From Escherichia phage vB_EcoM-ZQ3: DNA of 64,000 nucleotides. How positions within the stretch are numbered: the stretch's first letter is position 1; every line of letters starts with the position of its first letter. Positions 46,283 through 57,717 of the stretch are shown in pieces. Both the position numbers and the translations under genes were made by a program. Below the pieces are notes generated by a model. It ran no database searches, was not told the DNA's origin, and saw only the letters and a program-made list of their open reading frames with translations. Location: the sequence record MW630116.1. One strand, 5' to 3'.

Positions 46283-46942
46283 TTATTTGGCCCTTCCTAG
46301 TATTCGGATTGCTTGGTTGCATATAGCCGCTAAGCGATCTTCCTCAAGTATATTACTCCCCTTATACCAATACATCGTCACAGTTCCAGCATAGATGTTA
46401 TCCAAATTAAAGTATGGGCAACTATACATATAAGAAAGTTCGGCGGTCTTAGATTTTGTAGGCAAAAATGCAAATTCTGATTTAGATGAGAAATGACGGC
46501 CACTTAAATGAATTATATATTCATTGGCCGTTTTATCCACAGGGAATCCGCCAAGGGACTTTTCAGAAATTGTGCTAGGTAGTTTGCCTTCGTAAGCTAT
46601 AAGGTCGACGAAATAATTTAAGTTTTTAGGTCTGAAAGAATACACAGCACTAAAATCTGCACCAGATGAGATATGAACTATTTGCAGTTGTTCTAGAGCC
46701 GCAGATTCAAAACGTAAAGCTCGTTCTTTTTGGATTATTTCAGTATAAGTATCATACTTAGCTCTTACATAATAATCCAGCAAAATACTTCCTTTGTACC
46801 ATATTAGTGCCATTAGGAACAAAAGAATAATTACCGCTACTCGAGACATTAAAACCTTTCCAGTAGCGTTATCTTTGAAAATACGATCTAGCAACCCAAA
46901 TAGAATATCACTAGGCGAAGATGATACTTTTGGTGTTGCCAT
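46283..46942 (-). CDS. t: holin t
   Basis: 219 aa; SPSDILFGLLDRIFKDNATGKVL... matches recalled T4 holin. Confidence 0.93.
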   Translation of the reverse strand: MATPKVSSSPSDILFGLLDRIFKDNATGKVLMSRVAVIILLFLMALIWYKGSILLDYYVRAKYDTYTEIIQKERALRFESAALEQLQIVHISSGADFSAVYSFRPKNLNYFVDLIAYEGKLPSTISEKSLGGFPVDKTANEYIIHLSGRHFSSKSEFAFLPTKSKTAELSYMYSCPYFNLDNIYAGTVTMYWYKGSNILEEDRLAAICNQAIRILGRAK

Positions 46943-46951
46943 AATACCTCC

Positions 46952-47503
46952 TTACTTAAAGATATTTATAATCGCTTTGACAATAGATTTGTTTTCAAGG
47001 TCAGGGAATTTAGGGAATTCACCGCCGAGATGTTCATGTTTTTCTAAAAGGGCAAAGAATTTTTTGAGCTCTTTAAATTTTCGTTTTTCTTCTCTATTAG
47101 CAACCTCTGCGTCAATAAGAGAACTTAAAACACTGAATAATTTATAGAGTTCATGAATTTTCTTATCACGTTGAACTACGCATTTATACGCTTCATCTTC
47201 CTTCCACCCGGCGTCGGTCCAAATGTCAAATTCACCAGGTTCTTCTGTAGTAACATTTTGAAGAGCGCCCGGAGTGTCAATAACAATTTTTTGCTTATCA
47301 TAAGTCCATACTGTTTTTCCACGATGGTCTTCAACATATACCCATTCTTGTTCGCGTTCATCAAATACAACAGCATAGCCTTCTTTAGGGTCTAAAGGTT
47401 TTTTAACTGTTGAATGAGCAGGAAGACCAAGACCTTTAATCAGTTTGTAATTTTCTTCTTTGTAAAATTCTTTTGTGTCAAAATAATAATGATAGATTTT
47501 CAT
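46952..47503 (-). CDS. 38: gp38 (long tail fiber assembly protein)
   Basis: 183 aa; MKIYHYYFDTKEFYKEENYK...EKHEHLGGEFP matches recalled T4 gp38. Confidence 0.9.
   Translation of the reverse strand: MKIYHYYFDTKEFYKEENYKLIKGLGLPAHSTVKKPLDPKEGYAVVFDEREQEWVYVEDHRGKTVWTYDKQKIVIDTPGALQNVTTEEPGEFDIWTDAGWKEDEAYKCVVQRDKKIHELYKLFSVLSSLIDAEVANREEKRKFKELKKFFALLEKHEHLGGEFPKFPDLENKSIVKAIINIFK
46963..46970 (-). promoter_or_regulatory. late promoter TATAAATA for t (inside the 3-prime end of gene 38)
   Basis: + strand tatttata, 21 nt upstream of the t start. Confidence 0.55.
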
Positions 47504-47510
47504 ATTTAGA

Positions 47511-47526
47511 AGGGGCCGAAGCCCCT
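47511..47526 (-). other. hairpin between gene 37 stop and gene 38 start
   Basis: aggggc-cgaa-gcccct; no strong U-tract. Confidence 0.35.
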
Positions 47527-47530
47527 CTCC

Positions 47531-50500
47531 TTATGCTAAACGAACGATATAGTTAAAAGCAATGTTTTTAACCGTGTTTTCTGTATTACCTGTACTATTT
47601 ACAGTGATAGTATGACCATGCGAACCAATAGCTACCGTGTGAGTATGAGCACCTATACCAACCGAATGGCTATGAGCACCAATACCAACGGTGTGGGCAT
47701 GGTTACCGGTCGTGTTGGTTACACCAGACCAGTTTCTTGAAGCGTTGAAGTTGACAGGGATACCATTAACAAAGTTATTACCAGTATACCCTCTAGAGCC
47801 TGCCTGACCACCGAGGTAGAATGCACCACTTGCTGTGTAGAAGCTACTGTTGTCACTTCTAAAGTAACCAAATGAACCAGAGATTTCCATATTACCTCTG
47901 TTGTGGTTATGGTTGCCAGTAGTGTTGGTTGTCTTAGTACCATAGTCGAAGCTACTTGTTGTCTTAGTACCATAATCAAAACTTGACGTGGTTTTAGTAC
48001 CCAAGTCAGTACTCGAAGCAGATGCGCTATGGTTATGAGCCTTAACACCGTCTGCTTCTGTACTTAATACAGCACGCCCGGATGGTTTACCTTTAATAGT
48101 TTGACCACGCATATCCGGAATAGTACCGGTAGGATATGCTATAGCGAGCTTAGGATAAGCTGAAGTATCAAAAGTCTGACCTTCCATTATGGCATAACCT
48201 TCAGGAGGTGTATCAGTAGGCCAAGGAATCGGAGCTCCAATAGGATAACTTGAAACAATATCAGTTTTAAGTGATTCAATCGTACTGTTTAAGTTAGCAA
48301 AATTACCAGAACCACCCGTAATATTGCCGTCAGTTCCTAAAGTTGTGTTGCCTACAATAATTTTACCAGGTAAGCGGAAGTCACCGGTGCGACGGAATTC
48401 CCAACTTATATCGGTGCCACCCGTACTAGTGCCTTGGTGGTAATGAACACGGAAATCTCCTTGATTAATTAATGTCCCAATAGAATAAGTGCTATCACCT
48501 TGCACATAACGCTGTTTAACAATAGGAATATATTCAGAAGTAGCAGTACGCTCTATATTCATATAAATCGGAGCTCTGACGTTTACGTCGTTCTGAGATG
48601 CAAATGAACCGCACCCTGCTGGACGAACGCCGTCAGAAGCCTGAATATCTATATAAGCGTTTTGCCCTAATTGCATATTATAATTAGGACTTATGCGAGA
48701 ATTAGAAGTCAAAACAACAAGTTTACTATCATTATCAACAGTAACCATATTGCCGCCTAACCCATCATCACCTAATGTAACAGAATGACGCATTTGCACC
48801 ATACCATTATGAAGAGCAATACTTAACGGGCGAAGATTACCTATTTCGCCATTTTCTCCTTGGTCTTTAAGAGTAGGAATAATGTGCAATGCTGTTTCTG
48901 AACGACGGAAAATAGCACCATATTCAGCGTTCCAAATTCTTAGTGCGTTTGCTGTTCCGCCAAATTTAGCTTGTCCATTTACAGTCAATCCATTATTTGC
49001 AACTAAGCTTGATTCGGTTGTAATAGAACCAGAAGCAACAATACTACCTGAAGTTAATAAACCGCCATTAACTCGAAATTGAATAGGTCCGACAGTAGAA
49101 CCCGATCCAGGAGCAACTCGCTGAGAATAAAAATGGTAACCTTGCCCATCTGATACTTCAAAAACTGTTTCACGACTACGATCACCAGATGCGTTAAATG
49201 AATTACCCCACGCTTTAACAGTTACATAGCTTTTATTCTGCCCAGCACGAGTACCGCCTTCCCACAAAATTTGCTTAGTGCCATCAACTGTAGTAGTTGG
49301 AGCGAATGTTAGCCCAGCAGTAGAATTATTAGCTGCTAAATATACACCATTATATATTGAAAGCTGCTTAACAGATGTAATACCGCCATCAGCATAAAAC
49401 ATCACATTATTTGCACCGGTTACCAATTTCAAAATACCCGGGTTAATTTCCATACCTTGTTGGGTATTGATATTCATCTGACCTGTACCGCGGAAATAGT
49501 GGTTCATTTTACCGCCAGCATTGTACCCGATATGGGTTTGACCGTCTCCAGCATTGTTATTATCAGCTTGTGTTTGAACTGATAAAAGAGCGGCGTTGGT
49601 TCCAGGCATAATCCAAGTTGTGCCTTGGTCCTCGGAACGACCAAATATACCTTTACGAGTACTACGGAAACTGTCAGGAGTAATAGAAGCGACAGATTTA
49701 CCTGAACCAACTAAATCATAAACACCGGTTTTTTTGTATGATAAACCCGTCCCGTTATCGCCTAGAGCTAAATAAGCACCGAATCCTAAAGCGCCACCGT
49801 TACCGTAATCGCTTGACGGATATCCTTCAGTCACGGTCCCAATGGCTACACTATTGCGGACGATCATTCGGCCGTCATTACGAATACCATATAGTTTAAA
49901 TAATGGTGTATTACCAGTCCACCAAGAAACTTCATCAGCCAGGCCAGTTTGAGCTGTACAAATTTCATGGTAAATAGTTCCGCCCGATTTAGCACGAACT
50001 TTACGAAGATAGTTTACACCATTTGTTTCTCCGGTTCCAGGATAAACATAGTTAACCAAAGATTGAGAATCATATTGCCCAAAGGCTTTAGAATCATGAT
50101 TAATTAAATTAACACTAATAGATGGTGTACTAATAGAAGTTAAAGCAGTTAATTTGCGTGCCTGGAAAATACCGCCATCAGTAGAAATGAAATGAAATTC
50201 TGAATTTTGAGCCCCTGCTGCGGTTCCTTGGCGAACACGCATTGTAATTACGCCTTCATTTTCAGACTGCGGTTTTGAATATAAAACACCTCTCTCTGAT
50301 CCATCTGTATTTTCAAACCAAAGATGGGCATTGGAAGTATCATTTGTTGCTCTTGTGTAAAATGACCCTCGCATAGATCTAAAAACTAAGGCGGATACGC
50401 CTTCAGTAGAACCAATAGGTCCATTTACGGTCATTCCGCCGGTTTGTACATAATCGCCGTTTAATTTCAAAAGACCATTGATAGTTACATTTCCATCAAC

Positions 50501-50671
50501 TTGGCCGCCTTTAGCAAAACCCAGATCAATGATATTTCCTGAATCGTCTTTAGTAAAAATTGTTCTATCTTTTAAGTTTATAGCCAATTCACCTTCGGCT
50601 AATACTGAAGCAGCAGGACGTGCACCTGCAGTTTTGCTTCTTTTAAATTGTATTTGTTTTAAAGTAGCCAT
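47531..50671 (-). CDS. 37: long tail fiber distal subunit gp37
   Basis: 1046 aa; C-terminal HxH repeats ([25 protein letters not shown]) typical of the T4 gp37 tip. Confidence 0.93.
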   Translation of the reverse strand: MATLKQIQFKRSKTAGARPAASVLAEGELAINLKDRTIFTKDDSGNIIDLGFAKGGQVDGNVTINGLLKLNGDYVQTGGMTVNGPIGSTEGVSALVFRSMRGSFYTRATNDTSNAHLWFENTDGSERGVLYSKPQSENEGVITMRVRQGTAAGAQNSEFHFISTDGGIFQARKLTALTSISTPSISVNLINHDSKAFGQYDSQSLVNYVYPGTGETNGVNYLRKVRAKSGGTIYHEICTAQTGLADEVSWWTGNTPLFKLYGIRNDGRMIVRNSVAIGTVTEGYPSSDYGNGGALGFGAYLALGDNGTGLSYKKTGVYDLVGSGKSVASITPDSFRSTRKGIFGRSEDQGTTWIMPGTNAALLSVQTQADNNNAGDGQTHIGYNAGGKMNHYFRGTGQMNINTQQGMEINPGILKLVTGANNVMFYADGGITSVKQLSIYNGVYLAANNSTAGLTFAPTTTVDGTKQILWEGGTRAGQNKSYVTVKAWGNSFNASGDRSRETVFEVSDGQGYHFYSQRVAPGSGSTVGPIQFRVNGGLLTSGSIVASGSITTESSLVANNGLTVNGQAKFGGTANALRIWNAEYGAIFRRSETALHIIPTLKDQGENGEIGNLRPLSIALHNGMVQMRHSVTLGDDGLGGNMVTVDNDSKLVVLTSNSRISPNYNMQLGQNAYIDIQASDGVRPAGCGSFASQNDVNVRAPIYMNIERTATSEYIPIVKQRYVQGDSTYSIGTLINQGDFRVHYHQGTSTGGTDISWEFRRTGDFRLPGKIIVGNTTLGTDGNITGGSGNFANLNSTIESLKTDIVSSYPIGAPIPWPTDTPPEGYAIMEGQTFDTSAYPKLAIAYPTGTIPDMRGQTIKGKPSGRAVLSTEADGVKAHNHSASASSTDLGTKTTSSFDYGTKTTSSFDYGTKTTNTTGNHNHNRGNMEISGSFGYFRSDNSSFYTASGAFYLGGQAGSRGYTGNNFVNGIPVNFNASRNWSGVTNTTGNHAHTVGIGAHSHSVGIGAHTHTVAIGSHGHTITVNSTGNTENTVKNIAFNYIVRLA
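47928..48017 (-). repeat. three in-frame tandem repeats of about 30 bp inside gene 37
   Basis: encodes (F)DYGTKTTSS three times; + strand gtcttagtacca... repeated. Confidence 0.7.
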
Positions 50672-50679
50672 AAGTCCTC

Positions 50680-51345
50680 TTAATAATAGCCGAAATCTTG
50701 AACAGAATCTTTAATTACAATCTGGTCGAAACGAGGAACATGATTAGCCTCAGACGCCGGATTCTGTGAGAAAAAGTTTGGTGCTGTTAAAGTACCAGCC
50801 ATGGTATCGCCAGAACGCAATACACGGGAATTTGCGTTATCTGTAACAATATTTATTCGTCCATCAACGTAATCTTTTCTTGTGAGATCATTCGCTGCTA
50901 TAGGAGCAGTAGCGTTAGAACGGACAGGTCCAGTTGCATAAACCCCGCCCTTAGTGCTGATATCACCGGTACGAGTGTTAATAACCACAGTACGTAATGC
51001 AGAACCTTGAGAAGATTTAAATCCAATGCCATACCATGAAACAATATCAATGTTTGTCATATCATATGTTGCAGCATCACCGTTGCCCGGGAAAATACCA
51101 CTTTGATTTGTGTTATTTACGGCATAAGGTATTTGCACACCATTATTAAATGTTACTCGAGAGGCATACGTACCACCATTAGCTTTAGAAACGAAATCGT
51201 TATCAGCAGCTTGTGGTTTATTATATTCTGAATAGAGTTTAAACGTTTTATACAGGACGTCATCACCTGCTGGCATTAAAGGGAAATTACCTTGATGCCA
51301 TATAACGGCACCACCAGTTGTACTACCAGCTTTTAAATCGGCCAT
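50680..51345 (-). CDS. 36: long tail fiber subunit gp36
   Basis: 221 aa, same size and position as T4 gp36. Confidence 0.9.
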   Translation of the reverse strand: MADLKAGSTTGGAVIWHQGNFPLMPAGDDVLYKTFKLYSEYNKPQAADNDFVSKANGGTYASRVTFNNGVQIPYAVNNTNQSGIFPGNGDAATYDMTNIDIVSWYGIGFKSSQGSALRTVVINTRTGDISTKGGVYATGPVRSNATAPIAANDLTRKDYVDGRINIVTDNANSRVLRSGDTMAGTLTAPNFFSQNPASEANHVPRFDQIVIKDSVQDFGYY

Positions 51346-51369
51346 AGTTGTCTCCTTATATGTATACCA

Positions 51370-51377
51370 TATTTATA
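51370..51377 (-). promoter_or_regulatory. late promoter TATAAATA for gene 36
   Basis: + strand tatttata, 25 nt upstream of the gene 36 start. Confidence 0.55.
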
Positions 51378-51402
51378 CAAAAATGGGAGACCGAAGTCTC
51401 CC
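51378..51402 (-). terminator. terminator hairpin after gene 35
   Basis: gggagac-ttcg-gtctccc on the - strand followed by ATTTTT. Confidence 0.55.
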
Positions 51403-51407
51403 TAAAT

Positions 51408-52535
51408 TTATTCTGATGCTTCTTTAAATTCTTGTCCAAATACCTTACCAGTATCAGTTGAAGATTGAGTAGGTAATGTCATTATGTCTGGAGCACTTAA
51501 AGATTCTGAAACATAATTTACACGAATACCATTTATACCAAACTCAGCAGGTTTTGAAACGCTTCCATTACATGACACTTCAGTGAATATAACGTTTCTT
51601 AATCCACCTTGCCCGACTGGAGCTGTACGATAACAATAAATCGTGAACCCGTCAGCACCAGCAGGAATTTCTATGTAGTCTTCATATATCTTCCATTCAC
51701 CTGCAGCCCCATCAAAGTTTATATCCTTAAATGAAATAGGTGAAGTAGAAGGAGATTTAAAGAAACGAATAGAAAGTCGTGTCGTCCCTTGTGCTAACAA
51801 ATCAGCATCGGCCATTAGTTGGAATTTCATATAAAGGAAATCTCCAGGCTTCAATTTATACCCAGCGAGAGGTGTAATAAGGGACGTTGTAGGCATCCTT
51901 TTAATTTCATTATTAGTACCTCCAACAGCAGATAAAAATGTGTCTGTCGATTCGTACGTACGACTAGGGAAGCCGGTAGCACCAATATCATCGATCGTGT
52001 CGTACACAACATCAAGTGGTGTACTATAGTCGGTTGAAGTTTTCTTATTACTATACTTAATATGTTCTAGTGCTATAGCATTCTTACCAGAAATATAAAA
52101 TGCTGAATAAGAAATGTCCACTATATTTAAAACTTGTTGAGCTAATGGAATAACAGAACTCCCAGCTTTAGTAAACCATGCGAGAACTTCGGGTGGAAAG
52201 TTTGTTTTAGCATTAGTAACAAGAGCAAATATAAAATTTGAAGCGTATGTGTCCATGTAAGTAACGAATGCGCTTGACGTGGCGTCGTTTTCAGTAGAGA
52301 AATTATATGTCTTAGATTCAACTACTGCACCTGTTGTAGGATTTATTACACGAACGTTTAATCCAACGGAAAAAACCTGGGACCCAAGTGGATTATCTTG
52401 GAACTTAATATAAGCAGGAGATGTTGATAGCGGGCAAGAGCCCGCTATGCTTAATTTAAATCGTACTGAATTGCTTTCCGATAAAAATGGCGTTTGGACG
52501 TATCCTTGTCCGAACTTAGCCATAAATTTTTCCAT
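51408..52535 (-). CDS. 35: long tail fiber hinge protein gp35
   Basis: 375 aa, size and synteny. Confidence 0.9.
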   Translation of the reverse strand: MEKFMAKFGQGYVQTPFLSESNSVRFKLSIAGSCPLSTSPAYIKFQDNPLGSQVFSVGLNVRVINPTTGAVVESKTYNFSTENDATSSAFVTYMDTYASNFIFALVTNAKTNFPPEVLAWFTKAGSSVIPLAQQVLNIVDISYSAFYISGKNAIALEHIKYSNKKTSTDYSTPLDVVYDTIDDIGATGFPSRTYESTDTFLSAVGGTNNEIKRMPTTSLITPLAGYKLKPGDFLYMKFQLMADADLLAQGTTRLSIRFFKSPSTSPISFKDINFDGAAGEWKIYEDYIEIPAGADGFTIYCYRTAPVGQGGLRNVIFTEVSCNGSVSKPAEFGINGIRVNYVSESLSAPDIMTLPTQSSTDTGKVFGQEFKEASE

Positions 52536-52543
52536 AATACCTC

Positions 52544-55500
52544 TTATTCAATCCACTCGAATTTAACAGATTTATTCACAGGATCTGGAATAATGCGGAC
52601 ATTACCAATCCTTAAGAAATCCCTTATTGTCAAGTTTCCGATTGTTGCATTATCAGAAGGTAAAGCGCCAATATCAGAAGGTTGAGGAGGGTTTCCACCA
52701 TCAAATACCTGAACAAAACTCGACCAAGAATTTTTAGTTTTCTGCCATGTACGTGTCCAACGGGTTGTACGTGCTTCTGGAGTTGTTGGATAAGTAATCC
52801 AATCTTGGTAAAGCGAATCAAGTGTGTTACCAAACTGAGTCAGTGTACCAGGAGATTTAACTTCTTCGCCACGTTCTAAGTATGGAAGTCCAGTCACTTC
52901 ATTAGTTTTTTCAACCATTTTAAAATAACCCGGGAACTGGTTATAAGTGGCTGAATCGTTAATATCTATTGACCAGAATCCGACTGTATCAGCAGTAGGA
53001 GCACGAGTGTATAAATCAGCAGTTTTAGAACCATGAGAACGAATTCTCGAGTTAACAGTTAAACCACCTGAATTTATAGTAGCACCTTTGGCAATGATTA
53101 AGCCTTCACCAATCGTTACTTGGCCGGATGCATTATTAATAGCTAAAGGACGTAATCCATTAAATCCGCCAGTCTGATCACCTGATGCAGTAAGCATAAA
53201 ATAGGTATTAACAGCATCATTACGAATAAAGAATCCGTAATTACCACTAATTGCTCTGAATGCGTTTGCACTATAGGTTATAAATTCACCCTGTGCTGTC
53301 ACCGAACGTCCAAATGTTGCCGCACCATTAGCATTCAATGTTCCGGATGCATTAACATTAATCGGCCGAACTGTACCGTTGATGCTGAAAGTAATATTAC
53401 CAAGGTTATCCCGTTGTGAATAAAAGTGGTTAGATGTTTCATCACCAACTTCAAATATCGTAGCACGAGATGTATCAGAACCGCCGGCGAATTGGTTACC
53501 CCATACACGGATATTCATCGCCTGAGCAGGGTTGTTTCCAGTTTGTGGACCTTTTTCAAATATTAAGCGAGTTGAAGCACCTGTATTAGAAATAGTTAAT
53601 GTACTATTAGCAGATACCGAACCACCAAACGTAGCCGTACTAGATGATACAAGAGGGGCACTCAGATTCGTTTGTTGGGTTAAGGTTAGTGAACCATTAA
53701 CCGTCTGTGCAATGTCCCTACGAATGAACTGAGATGAATCTAGGCCATCTAATAAATTTGCGTCAGCAGCTTTTGCTTTTAATGGCAAGTAATTTGCCAA
53801 TACACGGTTTAATTCATACGGTGATACTGCATAGCTATTTTTCTCGTATAGCTCTAAGTTTTGTGTAGAACCGACTGTATCATTACCAACGAATGTAATA
53901 GAACCGGATGAAGTTTTAACGAATCCGCGAATTGCTGTAGTAGCAGCCCATGTTGGTTCACTCTGCACAATCCATTTTAAATTCTTAGGAGATACAGCAG
54001 TGTTCGCTGACGTTCCAGTCACAGTTTCAGACTGGGTTGCAACCTTGATTACACCTTCAGACGTTTCAGTGGACTTAGTCCCTAAAAGCTTTTTAGGAGT
54101 AATAAGAACATCATCTAAAGTTCCTGCATTAGATTCTGCCTGGGTCGCTACGCGAAGTGTACCACGTTGTGTTTCATTTGCTTTAGAAATATCAAGAGTA
54201 TAATGGTTCCACAAGGTTCCTTCTTCAATAAGTCCGGAATCAGAATTAACACTGGTACGGTCAGAAGAATCAAAATGAGTTTTAATTTTCAGTGGAGTTG
54301 AGATACGAGTATCATCAGTTCCAGTATCAAATTCAACTTGCGTAGCAATTTCGGCTATGCCGGATAATCCTTCCGTAGCTTTCCTATCATTTAACGTCTT
54401 AGGCGTTACTGCACGTGTATAATCAGTCCCAGCATTAGTTTCTGTTTGCGTAGCAATTTCAATTAAACCAATACGTCCATCAGTAGAAGTTTTCTTATGT
54501 AGTGTTTCAGGAGTTACTACAGCGTGAGAATAACCTGCTTGTGATTGACCAGCAATTACTTCACTATCAACAGCTAAAATTACTGCACCTTGTTGAGCAT
54601 ACGTTGCTTTATATTGGTCAAGGGCTTTAGGAGAAATAGTTAAATTATTTACGGTTTTATTATAAACGTTAGTGCCTGCGGCCCCACGAGTTTCGGCAGG
54701 AGTAGCAGAAGTAGTTGATACATATTTAACTATACCAGATAGTGTTTCAGAACCCTGACGTGCCTGCAATTTCTTAGGTGTAATAATCGTTGTGTCATCA
54801 AGACCAGCATCGGTTTCAGTCTGAGTAGCAATTTCGGCAAGACCGCGACGAGTTTCAGTTGCTGTACGCTCATTTAGTTTTTTAGGCGTAACAATAGTAT
54901 CGTCCACAAATGATGCTGTGGAATTCTGGTTAACTTGTGCTGTTGTAGCAATTTTAGCGATACCACGTCGAGCTTCAGTTGCTGTACGATTTGCCAACGT
55001 TTCAGGAGTAATAGCAACTTCTTTAGCTGGAGTATTCTCTAAATCAACATTTGCTTGCGCTTGAGTAGCAAGAGCAATAACACCTAAACGAGCTCGTGTA
55101 GCATCAGTTCCAGCATCAACACGTTCTACCGTAGGGACGTTTTGTTGAACAACCCAATAACGTGTACCAGCAACGGTGTCTTCGATATACGATAATTCTA
55201 ATACAGGAACATATGAAGTAGTGCCATTGAATTCTAGTTCAGTAACAGAGACCCATTGAGCATCAGGTGGATATTCAGAACGTTTAGGGAACTGAAGCAA
55301 CGCAACAGAAGAAGCAATTGTATCACCTTCGGCAGCTTTAATTTTTACTGTTTGGCCTTTACGCATGTAGTTCATTGAAATTTTAACAGTGTCACCACTC
55401 AAAATTCCAGTAGGCAGCGTAAGATTAATAGTTCCGGTTGTAGCGTTATTTGTGCCAAAAATAAGAACTTCTTCATTTGGACGAATATTTGAATCAGCAC

Positions 55501-56419
55501 GGATAATACGAAGACGCGATTTCTGGCCGCCTTCCCATATACGCCATAAACTATTTGAAGCATCAAAAACAAAAAACGCGTCAGAGTCATTTCTGCCTTC
55601 GGCAATATGAGTCCCGACTTCACCAATAGACGTTGTATCATCAAATGTTTTAACAATTGTATGATACAGCGGGTTTAATTTATCTAAATCGACTAGGCTG
55701 ATTATATCACCATTGTTAGCATTACGTGGAAGTGTAATGTTGATTGGTGCTGCACTAGTAAAACGACGAATGATAAAATCATTTGCTTGTGCTTGATATG
55801 GCGCCGCAGGTGTAACAGTGATTGATTCTTTACCATAATCAATGATATACATCTGCCACAAACGATTACTAAACACAAACAATAGTTGTGAACGTGGGCG
55901 CGTCATTAAAACTGTACGAACTTGTTCACCTCTAAAGTTTAAAATACTCTGCACAGACGCGTTAATCTGTACTTTAACTGTCCCGGTTCTTCCACCAATA
56001 TCAGCCAAAACAACAGTATCACCATCAACCGGTGCACTTGGCAACGTGAAAACCATATCATTGCCGGCACCAGTGTTAACCGAAATCGATTCACCTGAAG
56101 AAAGTTGATAAGTCCCAGAAGCGACAGTTATCCATTGTGCATCAGTACGAACTGCACGCCATTGTAAAAGGTTAAATGCCCCGGAAGGAGACACGATATC
56201 ATTTATTGCTTGATATAATCGGTTGTCATAAAGAACAACAAATCCTTTGTTATATCCACGCGTAGAATCATATACTTGAACGGTGTTTTCTTGTACCAGG
56301 AAGTCAACGTTTACGCCATCAGTACCTACTGTACGGTCGGCTAATGCTACGTTAACAATCTTGTCGCCACCGGCGTCCAGACCGTCTTCGGCTCTGAACT
56401 TACGTTTGATGTCGGCCAT
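52544..56419 (-). CDS. 34: long tail fiber proximal subunit gp34
   Basis: 1291 aa; internal repeats of the R.ATE.RRG.A.IAT..E type. Confidence 0.93.
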   Translation of the reverse strand: MADIKRKFRAEDGLDAGGDKIVNVALADRTVGTDGVNVDFLVQENTVQVYDSTRGYNKGFVVLYDNRLYQAINDIVSPSGAFNLLQWRAVRTDAQWITVASGTYQLSSGESISVNTGAGNDMVFTLPSAPVDGDTVVLADIGGRTGTVKVQINASVQSILNFRGEQVRTVLMTRPRSQLLFVFSNRLWQMYIIDYGKESITVTPAAPYQAQANDFIIRRFTSAAPINITLPRNANNGDIISLVDLDKLNPLYHTIVKTFDDTTSIGEVGTHIAEGRNDSDAFFVFDASNSLWRIWEGGQKSRLRIIRADSNIRPNEEVLIFGTNNATTGTINLTLPTGILSGDTVKISMNYMRKGQTVKIKAAEGDTIASSVALLQFPKRSEYPPDAQWVSVTELEFNGTTSYVPVLELSYIEDTVAGTRYWVVQQNVPTVERVDAGTDATRARLGVIALATQAQANVDLENTPAKEVAITPETLANRTATEARRGIAKIATTAQVNQNSTASFVDDTIVTPKKLNERTATETRRGLAEIATQTETDAGLDDTTIITPKKLQARQGSETLSGIVKYVSTTSATPAETRGAAGTNVYNKTVNNLTISPKALDQYKATYAQQGAVILAVDSEVIAGQSQAGYSHAVVTPETLHKKTSTDGRIGLIEIATQTETNAGTDYTRAVTPKTLNDRKATEGLSGIAEIATQVEFDTGTDDTRISTPLKIKTHFDSSDRTSVNSDSGLIEEGTLWNHYTLDISKANETQRGTLRVATQAESNAGTLDDVLITPKKLLGTKSTETSEGVIKVATQSETVTGTSANTAVSPKNLKWIVQSEPTWAATTAIRGFVKTSSGSITFVGNDTVGSTQNLELYEKNSYAVSPYELNRVLANYLPLKAKAADANLLDGLDSSQFIRRDIAQTVNGSLTLTQQTNLSAPLVSSSTATFGGSVSANSTLTISNTGASTRLIFEKGPQTGNNPAQAMNIRVWGNQFAGGSDTSRATIFEVGDETSNHFYSQRDNLGNITFSINGTVRPINVNASGTLNANGAATFGRSVTAQGEFITYSANAFRAISGNYGFFIRNDAVNTYFMLTASGDQTGGFNGLRPLAINNASGQVTIGEGLIIAKGATINSGGLTVNSRIRSHGSKTADLYTRAPTADTVGFWSIDINDSATYNQFPGYFKMVEKTNEVTGLPYLERGEEVKSPGTLTQFGNTLDSLYQDWITYPTTPEARTTRWTRTWQKTKNSWSSFVQVFDGGNPPQPSDIGALPSDNATIGNLTIRDFLRIGNVRIIPDPVNKSVKFEWIE

Positions 56420-56449
56420 TCGTTTTTCCTTTATTGTTTCAATAATACT

Positions 56450-56457
56450 TATTTATA
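56450..56457 (-). promoter_or_regulatory. late promoter TATAAATA for gene 34
   Basis: + strand tatttata, 31 nt upstream of the gene 34 start. Confidence 0.55.
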
Positions 56458-56460
56458 CCA

Positions 56461-56490
56461 GTTTACGCTTTCAAATGAGTGTGTTACTAT
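56461..56490 (+). promoter_or_regulatory. T4-type early promoter for rnh
   Basis: GTTTAC, 18-nt spacer, TACTAT. Confidence 0.45.
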
Positions 56491-56522
56491 AGACAAGTTG
56501 ACTAACTGAACAAGAGGTTCAT

Positions 56523-57440
56523 ATGGATTTAGAAATGATGTTGGATGAAGATTACAAAGAAGGTATTGCACTTGCCGACTTTAGTAACATTGCATTGGCC
56601 GCCGCATTAAACAACTTTGAAGACGGCGATAAAATTACTGTTCCGATGGTTCGCCATGTAATCTTGAATTCAATTCGTAAAAACGTGGTGATGTTCCGTA
56701 AGCAAGGCTATACAAAATTTGTATTGTGTATGGATAATGCTACTTCAGGTTATTGGCGTCGTGACTTTGCTTACTATTACAAGAAAAATCGTAAAACCGA
56801 TCGTGAAGCTTCAAAGTGGGATTGGGAAGGATATTTTACTGCACTCCATCAAGTTGTTGATGAGATTAAGAAATACATGCCATACGTTGTAATGGATATT
56901 GACAAGTATGAAGCGGATGACCATATCGGTGTATTAACTAAATATTTGTCATTAGCTGGTCATAAGGTATGTATTGTTGCATCAGATGGTGACTTTACAC
57001 AATTACACAAATATCCTAACGTTAAACAGTGGTCGCCACCACAGAAAAAATGGGTTAAAATTAAGAACGGTTCTGCTGAAATTGATTGCATGACTAAAAT
57101 TCTTAAAGGTGACCGTAAAGATGGCGTTGCATCTGTTCGAGTTCGTGGTGACTTCTGGTTTACTCGAGTTGATGGTGAACGAACTCCGAGCATGAAAACA
57201 ACGATTATTGAAGCAATTGCCAATGACCGTTCTCAAGCCGAAGTATTATTAAGTGCAGAAGAATATAAACGGTATCAAGAAAATTTGGTTCTCATTGATT
57301 TTGATTATATCCCTGATAATATTGCTTCAACCATTATAGAGTATTATAACTCATATAAACCACAACCTAAAGGCAAGATTTATTCATACTTTGTAAAATC
57401 TGGTCTTTCTAAATTAACAAGTGTAATTAATGAATTCTGA
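56523..57440 (+). CDS. rnh: RNase H (5-prime to 3-prime exonuclease, FEN-1 family)
   Basis: 305 aa, same size as T4 RNase H; position between 34 and dsbA/33. Confidence 0.9.
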   Translation: MDLEMMLDEDYKEGIALADFSNIALAAALNNFEDGDKITVPMVRHVILNSIRKNVVMFRKQGYTKFVLCMDNATSGYWRRDFAYYYKKNRKTDREASKWDWEGYFTALHQVVDEIKKYMPYVVMDIDKYEADDHIGVLTKYLSLAGHKVCIVASDGDFTQLHKYPNVKQWSPPQKKWVKIKNGSAEIDCMTKILKGDRKDGVASVRVRGDFWFTRVDGERTPSMKTTIIEAIANDRSQAEVLLSAEEYKRYQENLVLIDFDYIPDNIASTIIEYYNSYKPQPKGKIYSYFVKSGLSKLTSVINEF

Positions 57441-57447
57441 GGTAAAC

Positions 57448-57717
57448 ATGGCTAAGAAAGAAGCAGTTGAATTTAATCAAGATGTGCATGGTGAAGAACT
57501 GGCTAAACTAGTCAAGGAAGCTTCCGATAACAAACTTAAAATTTCTGGTTATAATGAACTGATTAAAGACATTCGTACTCGTGCTAAAGAAGAGCTTGGT
57601 GTCGATGGAAAAATGTTTAATCGTTTGTTAGCTCTTTATCATAAAGACGCTCGTGACCAATTTGAAGCTGAAAACGAAGAGGTAGTCGAGCTTTATGACA
57701 CAGTTTTCACTAAGTGA
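57448..57717 (+). CDS. dsbA: dsDNA-binding protein DsbA
   Basis: 89 aa from ATG 57448 (RBS gagg), size matches T4 DsbA. Confidence 0.7.
   Translation: MAKKEAVEFNQDVHGEELAKLVKEASDNKLKISGYNELIKDIRTRAKEELGVDGKMFNRLLALYHKDARDQFEAENEEVVELYDTVFTK

Noticed and set aside
46794-47147. 117-aa + strand ORF overlapping the t and gene 38 region, and + strand ORF 47153-47395
   Set aside because: Antisense to the conserved holin and gp38 genes; no start context
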